NCBI GenBank assembly: GCA_013812265.1
Contig: JACCTQ010000121.1
Span: forward strand, 1-44,886
Direction: 5' to 3'
DNA length: 44,886 nt
From: Actinomycetota bacterium
GTDB taxonomy: Bacteria > Actinomycetota > Thermoleophilia > Gaiellales > Gaiellaceae
The position numbers and the translations under genes were made by a program. The stretch's first letter is position 1. Each line of letters starts with the position of its first letter. Below are positions 18,917 to 28,304 of the stretch, piece by piece. The notes under the pieces were generated by a model. The model was not told where the DNA came from. It made no database searches and worked only from the letters and a program-made list of their open reading frames with translations.

Positions 18917-20293
18917 ATGGCCGAGACCGAGCCGCCCACCACCGACTCCGCCACGATGGACAAGATCGTCTCGCTCTGCCGCCGGCGCGGGTTCGTGTTT
19001 CCTTCCTCCGAGATCTACGGCGGACTCGGCTCGACGTACGACTACGGCCACTACGGCGTCCTGCTGAAGAACAACATCAAGGCGCGCTGGCTCGAGGCGA
19101 TGACGCAAGAGCGTGACGACATCGTGGCGCTGGACTCGGCGGTGATCCTCCACCCGAAGGTCTGGGAGGCGTCCGGGCACGTCTCGGGCTTCACTGACCC
19201 GTTGGTGGACTGCCGCGTGTGCAAGAAGCGCTTTCGCGCGGATCGGCTCGAGGACGAGCGCTGCGAACGCAAACCAAGCCTCCAGCCGGGACAGGGACCG
19301 GAGTGCGATCTCACGGAGGCGCGGCAGTTCAACCTCATGTTCGAGACGACGGTCGGTGCGGTGCAAGAGGCGGGCTCAAAGGCATACCTCCGGCCCGAGA
19401 CCGCGCAGGGCATCTTCATCAACTTCAAGAACGTGCTCCAGGTCGCGCGGCGCAAGCCCCCGTTCGGCATCGCGCAGGTCGGAAAGTCGTTCCGCAACGA
19501 GATCACGCCGGGGAACTTCCTCTTTCGCGTGCGCGAGTTCGAGCTCATGGAGATGGAGTTCTTCGTCCCCCCTGCCGAGGCCGAGCAGTGGCATCGCACG
19601 TGGATCGACGAGCGCTTGCGCTGGTATCTCCGCTACGGCCTGCGCGAGGGCCGGCTGCGCGTGCGCGCCCACACCGGGGAGGAACTCTCGCACTACTCCA
19701 GCGCCACGAGCGACATCGAGTACCTCTATCCCATCGGCTGGTCCGAGCTAGAGGGCGTAGCGAATCGCGGTGACTTCGACCTGAGGCAGCACACCACGCA
19801 CTCCACGACGACGCTCGAGTACGTCGGCTCGGACGGAGAGAGATACGTCCCGCATGTGATCGAGCCCGCCGTGAGCGTCGAGCGCATGTTTCTCGCCTTC
19901 GTCATCGACGGCTACGACGAGGAGGTGGTGGGGGACCGGCAGCGCACCGTTCTCCGCCTGCATCCACAGCTGGCGCCCGTCAAGGCAGCGATCCTGCCGC
20001 TGGTCGCAAAAGACGAGGGGATGGTCAGCCGCGCGCGCTCTCTCTACGACGATCTGCGCGACGGGTTCATGGTGGAGTACGACGACGGCGGCGCCATCGG
20101 GCGGCGCTACCGCCGGCAAGACGAGATCGGCACCCCGTTCGCGTTCACGATCGACGAGCAGACGCTCGCGGACGACACGATCACCGTCCGCGACCGTGAC
20201 TCCCTCGCCCAAGAGCGGATCGGCGTCGCGCAGGCCCCTGCCTATCTCGGCGAAGCGGTTCGGCGCCACTGGACGAGCCCGAAGTTCAAGTGA
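18917..20293 (+). CDS. glyQS: Glycine--tRNA ligase, alpha2 (homodimeric) type
   Basis: RRGFVFPSSEIYGG, LRPETAQG, GKSFRNEITP, ELEGVANR, PHVIEP and IGRRYRRQDEIGTP. GAGGAG RBS. Confidence 0.97.
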   Translation: MAETEPPTTDSATMDKIVSLCRRRGFVFPSSEIYGGLGSTYDYGHYGVLLKNNIKARWLEAMTQERDDIVALDSAVILHPKVWEASGHVSGFTDPLVDCRVCKKRFRADRLEDERCERKPSLQPGQGPECDLTEARQFNLMFETTVGAVQEAGSKAYLRPETAQGIFINFKNVLQVARRKPPFGIAQVGKSFRNEITPGNFLFRVREFELMEMEFFVPPAEAEQWHRTWIDERLRWYLRYGLREGRLRVRAHTGEELSHYSSATSDIEYLYPIGWSELEGVANRGDFDLRQHTTHSTTTLEYVGSDGERYVPHVIEPAVSVERMFLAFVIDGYDEEVVGDRQRTVLRLHPQLAPVKAAILPLVAKDEGMVSRARSLYDDLRDGFMVEYDDGGAIGRRYRRQDEIGTPFAFTIDEQTLADDTITVRDRDSLAQERIGVAQAPAYLGEAVRRHWTSPKFK

Positions 20294-21441
20294 CGGGCAT
20301 TGCTGTCGGACCGCCGTGGCGGCACGAGCCGGCGGGTAGATTCGACGAGCGGACGAACGCGAGCGAGGCGCTCCGCGGCAACCCGCTCGGCGATCCCCAC
20401 GAACGCCCGATGTGGGTCTACCTCCCACCGGGATACGACCAGGATCCAGGGCGGCGGTACCCCTCCGTCTACGTCATCCAGGGGTACACCGGCCAGCTCG
20501 ACATGTGGCGTAACCGAACACCCTTCGGGGCGAAGACGTTTCCCGAGCTCGTCGACGAGCTGTTTGCCGGCGGGGACGTGCCGCCCTGCATCGTCGTCTG
20601 GGTGGACGCGTGGACGTCGATCGGAGGCAGCCAGTTCCTCGACTCGCCGGCCATCGGGCGCTACCACACCTACCTCTGCGACGAGATCGTCCCGTGGGTC
20701 GACGCGAACTACCGGACCCTGGCCCACGCCGCCCACCGAGGCATCCAGGGCAAGTCGAGCGGCGGGTACGGGGCCATGGTCACGCCCATGCTGCGGCCCG
20801 ATCTCTTCGGCGGGCTCGCCACGCACGCGGGCGATGCGCTCTTCGAGAGCTGCTACGCCCGTGAGTTCCCCGAGGCTGCCCGCGCCCTGCGGGATCATTA
20901 CGACGGCTCGTTCGAGCAGTTCTGGGACGACCTGCGCAGCCGTCCTCTCTCGCCGCAGCCCTGGGACCCGCCGCTCGTGACGGCCTGGGGGATGGCGGCC
21001 GCCTACTCGGCCGACGAGGACGGAACGGTCCACCTTCCGTTCGACGTCGAGACGGGCCGCATCGTGCCCGAGGTCTGGGAGCGCTGGCTGGCGAGGGACC
21101 CGGTGCGGATGGTTCCGCGGCACGCCGAGACGCTTCGGGGGATGCGGGCGATCTACATCGACTCGGGGCGAAGCGACGAGTACTTCCTCGATCTCGGCGC
21201 CGAGGCGTTCCGGCGAGCGTTGGTCGAAATCGGCGTGACCGACGTGTTCTTCGAGCTCTTCGAGGGGACGCACGCCGGGCTCACGTGGCGCTATCCGATC
21301 GCGCTCCGGTATCTCGCGGAGCGCCTGGCTCCCGTAGGCTTCGCAGGGCCTGGCAGCCCGAGCTTCTCGCAGAGCGCGGGTGCGTCCCGCTGGCAGTTCC
21401 AGCGGCGGCATAACATTTGCTTCAGTGCGGGTGACACTTAA
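20290..21441 (+). CDS. Alpha/beta-hydrolase, Fes-like putative esterase
   Basis: LRGNPLGDP, VYLPPGY, nucleophile GKSSGG, DSG..DE and FEGTH. GTGA-coupled to glyQS. The last ~35 aa are probably read-through. Confidence 0.9.
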   Translation: MTGIAVGPPWRHEPAGRFDERTNASEALRGNPLGDPHERPMWVYLPPGYDQDPGRRYPSVYVIQGYTGQLDMWRNRTPFGAKTFPELVDELFAGGDVPPCIVVWVDAWTSIGGSQFLDSPAIGRYHTYLCDEIVPWVDANYRTLAHAAHRGIQGKSSGGYGAMVTPMLRPDLFGGLATHAGDALFESCYAREFPEAARALRDHYDGSFEQFWDDLRSRPLSPQPWDPPLVTAWGMAAAYSADEDGTVHLPFDVETGRIVPEVWERWLARDPVRMVPRHAETLRGMRAIYIDSGRSDEYFLDLGAEAFRRALVEIGVTDVFFELFEGTHAGLTWRYPIALRYLAERLAPVGFAGPGSPSFSQSAGASRWQFQRRHNICFSAGDT

Positions 21442-21646
21442 CCGGCGGACGGACACCGTCTGCATCTATCTCACTGAGTACGAAGACGCGGATGTCGCGC
21501 GTCAATCCTCGCTCGTTGCGCATGACATTCGCGGAGACTTCTTCTTCGACCTCGACAAACGCGGCGTACTGCTTGGAATCCAAGTCAAGTTCGCGGCGAG
21601 TGGTCTACCGAGCGATTTTCTGGAGGCCGCTGAGCCTGCCCAATAA
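21425..21646 (+). CDS. DUF2283 family small protein
   Basis: VRVTLNRRTDTVCIYL...FDLDKRGVLLGIQV..AAS fits the DUF2283 pattern (D..YI.L...D.D..G.L.GIE). TAACAT -10 element just upstream. Confidence 0.7.
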   Translation: MRVTLNRRTDTVCIYLTEYEDADVARQSSLVAHDIRGDFFFDLDKRGVLLGIQVKFAASGLPSDFLEAAEPAQ

Positions 21647-21671
21647 TTTCGCCGTAAGAAATTCGGCCCTA

Positions 21672-22418
21672 TTACCCGGCCGAGAGCGTGCGCAGACGAA
21701 AGCCGCCGTGGTACTCGTACGAAGTCACGATCACGCTGAGCGCCTCGCGCGACGCGCGGTCTCCGAGAGCCGCGTCACTCGCTTCGGCCAGCGGCCGGCG
21801 CAGCAGCTCGCCGATACCGGCGACGCCCTGCGGTGAAAGCGGTATCGCTCCGGCCGAGCACGCTGTGCAGACTGCGCCCCCGGCCTTCGGCGAGTAGCCG
21901 GCGAGAGGGCCGGCGGCACCGCAATCGGCACAGCTCGCCATGTGGGGGAGGTACCCGGAGAGCCACAGGAGCTTGAGCTGAAACGAGAGCGCGAGTGGAT
22001 CCAGCGCCGGTCGAGCCGGTGCGCGGCTGGGAAGCTCGTCGAGCAGCTCCAGGAAGCGGGTCAGGGCTAGAAAGGCGCGGGAATTCGCCTCTTGCTCGCT
22101 GTACAGACGCAGCATCGCTTCCAGCCCGACCAGCCCGGCGCCGAGGCGGTAGGAGTCTTCGCGGGCGGCCCGGTGCGAGTGCAGAAGATCGACACCCGTG
22201 ACCGTCTGCAGCTCGCCGCTGCCTTGATGGAGCATCATCGCGACGTGACTCAGCGGCTCGAGGCGCGCGCCGAAGCGCGACTTCGTGCGCCGGATGCCCT
22301 TCGCGACCGCACCCACCCGGCCGCGCTCGAGCGTGTACAGGTGGAGTACGCGATCGGCCTCGCCGAGACGGAACGAGCGCAGAACGACCGCCTCCGTCTT
22401 GTAGCTGCGACCGGCCAT
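21672..22418 (-). CDS. recO: DNA repair protein RecO
   Basis: YKTEAVVLR...GEADR...AVAKGIRRTKSRFGARLEP and a C-terminal CxxC..CxxC zinc finger. Confidence 0.97.
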   Translation of the reverse strand: MAGRSYKTEAVVLRSFRLGEADRVLHLYTLERGRVGAVAKGIRRTKSRFGARLEPLSHVAMMLHQGSGELQTVTGVDLLHSHRAAREDSYRLGAGLVGLEAMLRLYSEQEANSRAFLALTRFLELLDELPSRAPARPALDPLALSFQLKLLWLSGYLPHMASCADCGAAGPLAGYSPKAGGAVCTACSAGAIPLSPQGVAGIGELLRRPLAEASDAALGDRASREALSVIVTSYEYHGGFRLRTLSAG

Positions 22419-22423
22419 GCAGC

Positions 22424-22430
22424 TAGTGTA
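22424..22430. promoter_or_regulatory. Symmetric bidirectional -10 element (TAGTGTA) between recO and the glutaredoxin gene
   Basis: TACACT lies 6 nt before the recO ATG (leaderless). TAGTGT on + precedes the grx leader, which has a GGAGG RBS. Confidence 0.55.
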
Positions 22431-22478
22431 GGTCGGGCGTAGGCCGGGATACGACGCCCGGCCGGAGGCTTGGCTCGA

Positions 22479-22733
22479 ATGGGGAAAATCGAGGTGTATA
22501 CGACTCGGTGGTGCGGCTACTGCGTCCGCGCGAAGGCGCTGCTGGACGAGAAGAGCGCTTCCTACGACGAGATCGAGCTGGACGACGACCCGCACTTCAG
22601 GCGGCGGCTACACGAGCTCACCGGCGGCTGGACGGTGCCGCAGATCGTCATCGACGGCGATCCGATCGGCGGCTACACGGAGCTTTGGCGGCTGGTGAAG
22701 AGCGGAGAGCTCGACGCGAGACTCGCGGCGTGA
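22479..22733 (+). CDS. grxC: Glutaredoxin 3-like
   Basis: WCGYC, TVPQI and IGGY motifs. Confidence 0.92.
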   Translation: MGKIEVYTTRWCGYCVRAKALLDEKSASYDEIELDDDPHFRRRLHELTGGWTVPQIVIDGDPIGGYTELWRLVKSGELDARLAA

Positions 22734-22734
22734 C

Positions 22735-23583
22735 CTATCCGGATGCTTGCGCCGCGGCCTCGACCTGGCACCCCGGGCAGTACGACGTTCCTCGGCCGGC
22801 TGCCCGGATCTTCTCGATCGCCGTGCCGCATCGGTAGCACGGCTGGCCTTCGCGGCCGTAGACCCGGAACTCGTGCTGCATTGACCCCGGCTCGCCGTCC
22901 GGCGTCCGGTAATCGCGCAACGTGGAGCCCTGAAGCGCGAGACCGGTCTGCAGCGCGCCGCGGATCGCCCGGTGCAGTCGTCGCACGTCCTCCGGTTGCA
23001 ACGACCGTGCCTGCGATCGTGGATGGATTCTGGCTCGCCACAGAGCCTCGTCCGCATAGATGTTTCCCATGCCGGCGAGTGCCCGCTGGTCGAGCAGGGC
23101 GGCCTTGATCGGTGTGCGGCGATTGACGAGGCGGGCAGCGAGGGCGGCGGCCGTGAAACGGCGGCCGAGCGGCTCTTCGCCGAGGCGTTTCGCGAGGTAC
23201 GGATCGAGCTCGTCCGGTTCCAGCAGACGCCACGTGCCGAAGCGGCGCACATCGCGATAGCCAACGTCCGATCCGTCGTCTAACCTGACAACAGCTCGTC
23301 GGTACGGATCGTCGGCCAGAGTTCCGTCATAGGCGTGCTGCAACGTTCCCGTCATCCGGAGGTGAATCAGGAGAACCCGCCGACTCTCGAACCGAAAAAT
23401 CAGATACTTGCCGCGTCGCTCGACGGACGCGATGCGCTGGCCCTGAAGCTCCGCCGCGACGCTCTCCGGAGGAAACGGCATCGTCAACCGTTCGTCGCTG
23501 ATCGTGACGCGATCAAATCGGCGGCCGAGCAAGAGCGGCTCCAAGCGCGCGCGGATCGTCTCGACCTCGGGCAGCTCTGGCAC
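22735..23583 (-). CDS. mutM: Formamidopyrimidine-DNA glycosylase / AP lyase
   Basis: N-terminal PELPEVET, RRGKY, HLRMTG, D.RRFG, GMGNIYADE and a C-terminal zinc finger. Confidence 0.97.
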   Translation of the reverse strand: MPELPEVETIRARLEPLLLGRRFDRVTISDERLTMPFPPESVAAELQGQRIASVERRGKYLIFRFESRRVLLIHLRMTGTLQHAYDGTLADDPYRRAVVRLDDGSDVGYRDVRRFGTWRLLEPDELDPYLAKRLGEEPLGRRFTAAALAARLVNRRTPIKAALLDQRALAGMGNIYADEALWRARIHPRSQARSLQPEDVRRLHRAIRGALQTGLALQGSTLRDYRTPDGEPGSMQHEFRVYGREGQPCYRCGTAIEKIRAAGRGTSYCPGCQVEAAAQASG

Positions 23584-23625
23584 GCCCACAAGGTAAACGG
23601 CGCGGGGCGCTGGGCGGCGGGGGTT

Positions 23626-24924
23626 CTAGCGCACGACGTCGAGCACGACGGACGTGGGCTGCGGCGGCCCCGCAGCCAGCTCGTATGCCTCCGCAACGGC
23701 GACGGCAGCCCGTTCGGCCGAAGGGTCGTCGCGAGCATGGATCTGTGCCAGGACGTCACCTTCTGCGACCGCGTCGCCGCGCTTCCTGAGGCAGACGACG
23801 CCGACCGCGTGGTCGATCCGATCGTCCTTCGTCCGCCGGCCGGCGCCCAGGTCGAGGGCGGCCACGCCAACCCGGATCGCTCCCAGGCGGCTCACGAACC
23901 CGCTGGCACCGGCTCGTACCTCATGGCGCACGGGCGCCTGCGGCAGCGCCGATTCCGCTGGATCACCGCCCTGGGCAGCGATCCAGCGATCCCACAGGGC
24001 AAGCGCGGACCCGTCGGAGATCGCTGCCTCGGCGCGAGTTCGGCCCCTGCCTTCGTCCGTGCCCAGGTCGGACAGCGCGAGCAGGTGCGCGCACGCCGCG
24101 AGCACGAGCTCCGTGAAGTCAGGCGGGCCCTCCCCGCGGAGCGTCCGCACCGCCTCGCGGATCTCCAGCGCGTTCCCGACAGCCCTTCCGAGCGGCTGCT
24201 CCATGTCGGTGAGCAGGCACACGACCTCGAGACCGGCGCGCCGCCCGAGCTCGAGCATCATGTCGGCGAGCTCTCGCGCCTCGCCCAGCGACTTCATGAA
24301 CGCGCCGTCGCCCACCTTGACGTCGAGCACAATGGCATCGGCGCCGCCGGCGATCTTCTTGGACATGATGCTGGCCGCGATCAGCGAGACGTTGTCGACG
24401 GTCGCCGTGACATCACGAAGTCCGTAGAGCCGTTTGTCTGCAGGCACCAGATCGGCCGTCTGGCCGATGATGGCGAGGCCGACGGTGCGGATCTGCTCGA
24501 CGAACTCGTCGGCCGTGAGCTCGACGCGGAAGCCGGGAATGGACTCCAGCTTGTCGAGCGTGCCGCCCGTATGCCCGAGCCCCCTGCCGCTCATCTTCCC
24601 GAAAGGGACACCGCACGCGGCCACGATCGGACCGACGGCAAGCGACGTCTTGTCGCCGACCCCTCCGGTCGAATGCTTGTCCACCACCTTGCGCCCCAGC
24701 GCGGAGTGAAGGTCGATCGTCTCCCCGCTCCGGATCATCGCATCCGTGAGGGCAAAGGTTTCCGCGGCGGTGAGCCCGCGGAAATAGACCGCCATGCAGA
24801 AGGCTGCGAGCTGGTAGTCCGGTATGTCGCCGGTCGAGTAGCCGAGGACGAGCTCTTCGATCTCTTCGGCGGCGAGCTCGTGGCCGTCGCGCTTGCGCTC
24901 GATCAGCTCAGCAGGACGGATCAC
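23626..24924 (-). CDS. pdp: Pyrimidine-nucleoside / thymidine phosphorylase
   Basis: DKHSTGGVGDK, KMSGRGLGHTGGTLDKLE, SIMSKK and DVKVGDGAFMK. Confidence 0.97.
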   Translation of the reverse strand: MIRPAELIERKRDGHELAAEEIEELVLGYSTGDIPDYQLAAFCMAVYFRGLTAAETFALTDAMIRSGETIDLHSALGRKVVDKHSTGGVGDKTSLAVGPIVAACGVPFGKMSGRGLGHTGGTLDKLESIPGFRVELTADEFVEQIRTVGLAIIGQTADLVPADKRLYGLRDVTATVDNVSLIAASIMSKKIAGGADAIVLDVKVGDGAFMKSLGEARELADMMLELGRRAGLEVVCLLTDMEQPLGRAVGNALEIREAVRTLRGEGPPDFTELVLAACAHLLALSDLGTDEGRGRTRAEAAISDGSALALWDRWIAAQGGDPAESALPQAPVRHEVRAGASGFVSRLGAIRVGVAALDLGAGRRTKDDRIDHAVGVVCLRKRGDAVAEGDVLAQIHARDDPSAERAAVAVAEAYELAAGPPQPTSVVLDVVR

Positions 24925-25631
24925 GCTTTCTCGGCGACGAAGATCATCGGACGGCGCCGCACGACCAGCGACCCCTCGAGCTCCGGCACCTCGCCGACGG
25001 CCTCGAAGAGCGGCGCCGACGGAACGACGTAGGCGAGGACCGCGTCACGATCGGGGAACGTCACCGTGCCGCCCGCGTCCCGCGACTCCACCCCCTCGAA
25101 ATGGGCCCGGAGCAACTCTTCCCCGTTCTCGCTGTTGAACGTCGTCAAGCGCTCGCCTGGCAAGCCGAGGAACTCGCGCAGCTCGCGCAGGTGGTCGATG
25201 CCGTTTGTGACGGCGATGAGCCGGCCACCCGGCAGCAGTACGCGCGCGAGCTCACCGAGCGCCCGCGCGACGTCTGGCACGTGGTAGAGCATCCAGGCGG
25301 CGACCACGCAGTCGAACTCGCCGTCCGCAAAGGGAAGCTCCTGGACGTCGCCCAGGCGGGCATCGACTCCCCGGCCTCGGGCCAGCTCTACCATGCGCTC
25401 GGAGCTGTCAACGGCGACGACCTGCGCACCCAGATCGTCTTGCACGCGAGCGGCCAGCTCGCCCGGCCCGCAACCAACCTCGAGGAAGCGGCTCGGCTGC
25501 ACCTCGGCCACCGCCTCGAAGACCATCTCGGGGGCATTCGGCCCTTCGGCATGGCGATACGCGTTCCGACGCGCCTGAAGGCCGGTTTCCGACGAGTAGT
25601 CCGGCCGAACGACCTTCGGATCGTAGGTCAT
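24921..25631 (-). CDS. Class I SAM-dependent methyltransferase
   Basis: LEVGCGPG, VDSSERM, LPFADGEFD, MLYHVPD and RVL.PGG. Confidence 0.92.
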   Translation of the reverse strand: MTYDPKVVRPDYSSETGLQARRNAYRHAEGPNAPEMVFEAVAEVQPSRFLEVGCGPGELAARVQDDLGAQVVAVDSSERMVELARGRGVDARLGDVQELPFADGEFDCVVAAWMLYHVPDVARALGELARVLLPGGRLIAVTNGIDHLRELREFLGLPGERLTTFNSENGEELLRAHFEGVESRDAGGTVTFPDRDAVLAYVVPSAPLFEAVGEVPELEGSLVVRRRPMIFVAEKA

Positions 25632-26794
25632 CCGGCGACGATCGGTTGACCAGGTATTCCGCGCGACGGCGCCTTGCCCCCCAGCCAGGCGTTCACGGTT
25701 GCGCCCACGTCGGAGAACTGGCCCTCGTGGATCCGCCCGGCTGCGTTCTTGCCCTCGACATATGCGAGCAGAAGCGCATGCTCGCGGGAGTGATCGGTCG
25801 AGGGTGTGGTCGGATCGCAGCCGTGGTCGGACGTCAGGATCAAAAGGTCACCGGGACGCAGCGCGTCGAGCAGGTCGGGGAGGCGGCGGTCGAAGTCCTG
25901 GAGGCACCGGTGGAAGTTGACCGGGTCGTTGCGGTGTCCCCAGAGCATGTCGGTCTCGACCAGGTTGGTGAACACGAAGCCGGCGTCGAGCTCGCGCAGA
26001 AGCCGCTCGGTGATCGTGATGCCTTCGACGTTCGACCTGGTGGGATGCGACTCGTCGATGTCGCATCCGGCGAAGATGTCGTGGATCTTTCCGACTCCGT
26101 GGACCGCTGCTCCGGCAGCCCGGACGAGTGAGAGGTAGTTCGGCCGCCGGGGTTCCAGCGAGTAGTCGTGCCTGTTCGGAGTGCGCTCGTAGTTGCCCGG
26201 ATTGCCAGAGAACGGGCGCGCAATCACGCGTCCGACCGCATGGTTTCCCGCGAGCAGCTCCCGCGCGATCTCGCACGCCCCGTACAGCTCCGCGAGTGGG
26301 ATGGTGTCCTCATGAGCCGCGATCTGAAAGACCGAATCGGCCGACGTGTAGACGATCCACTTGCCCGTGGACTGATGCTCCTCACCGAGCTCCTGGATGA
26401 TCTCGGTGCCGGACGCGGGCCGGTTCCCGAGGACGCCCCGACCCGTGCGGTGCATGAAGGGATCGATCACCTCGAAGGGGAATCCGTGCGGATAGGTGGG
26501 CAGCGCCTGTGGCATGACGACGCCCATTAGCTCCCAGTGCCCCGTCGTCGTGTCCTTCCCTTTCGAGCGCGCGATCAGGCGACCGGCCACGGCGGGGGCA
26601 CCCGGCTGGGGCGGACAGCCCTCGAGCGGCTCCACATTGCCAAGACCGAGCGCCTCCAAACTCGGAAGGTCGAGGCCGCCAACCAAGCGGGCAACGTTGC
26701 CGAGCGTGTCCGAGCCTTCGTCCCCGTAGGCGGCCGCGTCGGGTAGGGCCCCTGCCCCGACGGCGTCGAGCACGATGACGCACGCGCGCGGCAC
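25628..26794 (-). CDS. deoB: Phosphopentomutase
   Basis: IVLDAVG.G..PDA, GKDTTTGHWE, YTSADSVFQIAAHE, GRVIARPF, GHRND and SDHGCDPT..STDHSRE. Confidence 0.97.
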   Translation of the reverse strand: MPRACVIVLDAVGAGALPDAAAYGDEGSDTLGNVARLVGGLDLPSLEALGLGNVEPLEGCPPQPGAPAVAGRLIARSKGKDTTTGHWELMGVVMPQALPTYPHGFPFEVIDPFMHRTGRGVLGNRPASGTEIIQELGEEHQSTGKWIVYTSADSVFQIAAHEDTIPLAELYGACEIARELLAGNHAVGRVIARPFSGNPGNYERTPNRHDYSLEPRRPNYLSLVRAAGAAVHGVGKIHDIFAGCDIDESHPTRSNVEGITITERLLRELDAGFVFTNLVETDMLWGHRNDPVNFHRCLQDFDRRLPDLLDALRPGDLLILTSDHGCDPTTPSTDHSREHALLLAYVEGKNAAGRIHEGQFSDVGATVNAWLGGKAPSRGIPGQPIVAG

Positions 26795-26799
26795 CCCGC

Positions 26800-26806
26800 T
26801 ATTCTA
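26800..26806. promoter_or_regulatory. Symmetric bidirectional -10 element (TATTCTA) between deoB and a small ORF
   Basis: TAGAAT lies 6 nt before the deoB GTG 26794; TATTCT lies 9 nt before ATG 26815. Confidence 0.65.
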
Positions 26807-26814
26807 GGGCGCGA

Positions 26815-26961
26815 ATGGAGACGATCCTCGGTCTGATCGGCCTCGTCGCTTTCATGGTCGCCGTGATCTCTGTCGCCGCCGGCATCACATGGTCGGTCGT
26901 CAAGCTCACGCCGGGCAGGTCGAAGGAGAACGCCGCTCCTCCGGCTGGCGAGCAGACCTAG
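26815..26961 (+). CDS. Small single-pass membrane protein (48 aa, not in the ORF track)
   Basis: METILGLIGLVAFMVAVISVAAGITWSVVKLTPGRSKENAAPPAGEQT*. Fills the deoB-ald gap; its stop overlaps the ald stop (CTAG). Confidence 0.72.
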   Translation: METILGLIGLVAFMVAVISVAAGITWSVVKLTPGRSKENAAPPAGEQT

Positions 26962-28082
26962 ACGCGAGACAGCGGCAGCACGTCTTCCAGCGGGACGTAA
27001 TCGAGGCCGTGCGCTTCCGCAACCGCCTCGTACGTGACGTTGCCGTGGAGCACGTTGACACCGCGCGCCAGTGCGGGATCCCGGGCTACCGCGTCAGCCA
27101 ACCCGTAGTCCGCGATCGCCTCGATGTACGGGAGTGTCGCGTTCGTGAGCCCTTTAGTGGAGGTCACAGGCACAGCCCCGGGCATGTTCGCAACGCAGTA
27201 GTGGATGACGCCGTCGACCGTATACACCGGCGCGCTGTGGGTGGTCGGCCGTGACGTCTCCGAGCACCCACCCTGATCGATCGCCACGTCACAGAGGACC
27301 GCACCGTTCTTCATGCCGCGAATCGTGTCCCGAGTCAGAAGCCTGGGCGCGAGGGCGCCCGGGATCAGAACTGCGCCGATGACCACGTCCGCCTCGGCCA
27401 CCGACTCCTCGATCTGGAGGCGAGAGGACATGACGAGGCTGACCCGTCCGAACAGTACTTCGTCGAGGTGGCGCATCCGGTCGATCGAGCGCTCGAGGAT
27501 CATGACGTTCGCGCCGAGGCCGAGTGCGATGACCGCAGCGTTGTAACCGACGATCCCTCCGCCGATCACTACCACATTCCCGGGCGCGACACCGGGGACA
27601 CCGCCGAGCAATAGGCCGCGGCCACCTAGCGGCTTCTCGAGAAAGTACGCGCCCGCCTGCGCCGCGAGACGCCCTGCGATCTCGCTCATCGGGGCGAGCA
27701 GCGGCAGGGCGCGGTTGTCGGTCTCCACCGTCTCGTAGGCGATGCAGGCGGCCCCGCTGTCGACGAGCCCCCTCGTCAGGTCTTCGGTTGCGGCAAGGTG
27801 GAGATACGTGAAGAGGACGACGTCTTCTCGGATTCGCGGGTACTCCTCGGGCAGCGGCTCCTTGACCTTGACGACGAGCTCCGACTGCAACCACACATCA
27901 TCGACGTCGGCGACCGCAGCGCCCACGGCCGTGTATGCGGCGTCTGGAAAGGCGCTACCCTCCCCCGCCCCCGTCTCCACCAGAACCTCGTGGCCGCGCT
28001 GGATCAGCTCGAGTGCCCCGGCGGGGGTGAGCGCAACGCGGTACTCATCGGATTTGATCTCCCGGGCGACGCCGACCCTCAC
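26958..28082 (-). CDS. ald: Alanine dehydrogenase
   Basis: REIKSDEYRVALTP, VKVKEP, FTYLHLAA, LLAPMSEIAG, DVAIDQGG and YCVANMPGAVP. Confidence 0.97.
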   Translation of the reverse strand: MRVGVAREIKSDEYRVALTPAGALELIQRGHEVLVETGAGEGSAFPDAAYTAVGAAVADVDDVWLQSELVVKVKEPLPEEYPRIREDVVLFTYLHLAATEDLTRGLVDSGAACIAYETVETDNRALPLLAPMSEIAGRLAAQAGAYFLEKPLGGRGLLLGGVPGVAPGNVVVIGGGIVGYNAAVIALGLGANVMILERSIDRMRHLDEVLFGRVSLVMSSRLQIEESVAEADVVIGAVLIPGALAPRLLTRDTIRGMKNGAVLCDVAIDQGGCSETSRPTTHSAPVYTVDGVIHYCVANMPGAVPVTSTKGLTNATLPYIEAIADYGLADAVARDPALARGVNVLHGNVTYEAVAEAHGLDYVPLEDVLPLSRV

Positions 28083-28304
28083 CGGCGCTCACCGCTCAGG
28101 TGGCTGGCAGGCTGCGGGAGTCGTGAACGCGGGAAGGAAGCCATGGAAGAGCGGGCGGAACGATAGCTTGAGGCTTCCAACTTTGACACTTTCGGCGCAC
28201 TCTCGTACCCATGGGTGCGTTTTTTCCCGCTACGCTCGTCAGCGGTGGGTGGTTCGCGGTCGGCCCGAACCCACAAGCGAGAAAATGGCGGCCGCGCGGC
28301 CCGT

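Noticed and set aside
28079..28144. 21-aa upstream ORF (MASFPRSRLPQPASHLSGERR) overlapping the ald start
   Set aside because: No RBS, no Ala enrichment or other attenuator signature; cannot be distinguished from chance.
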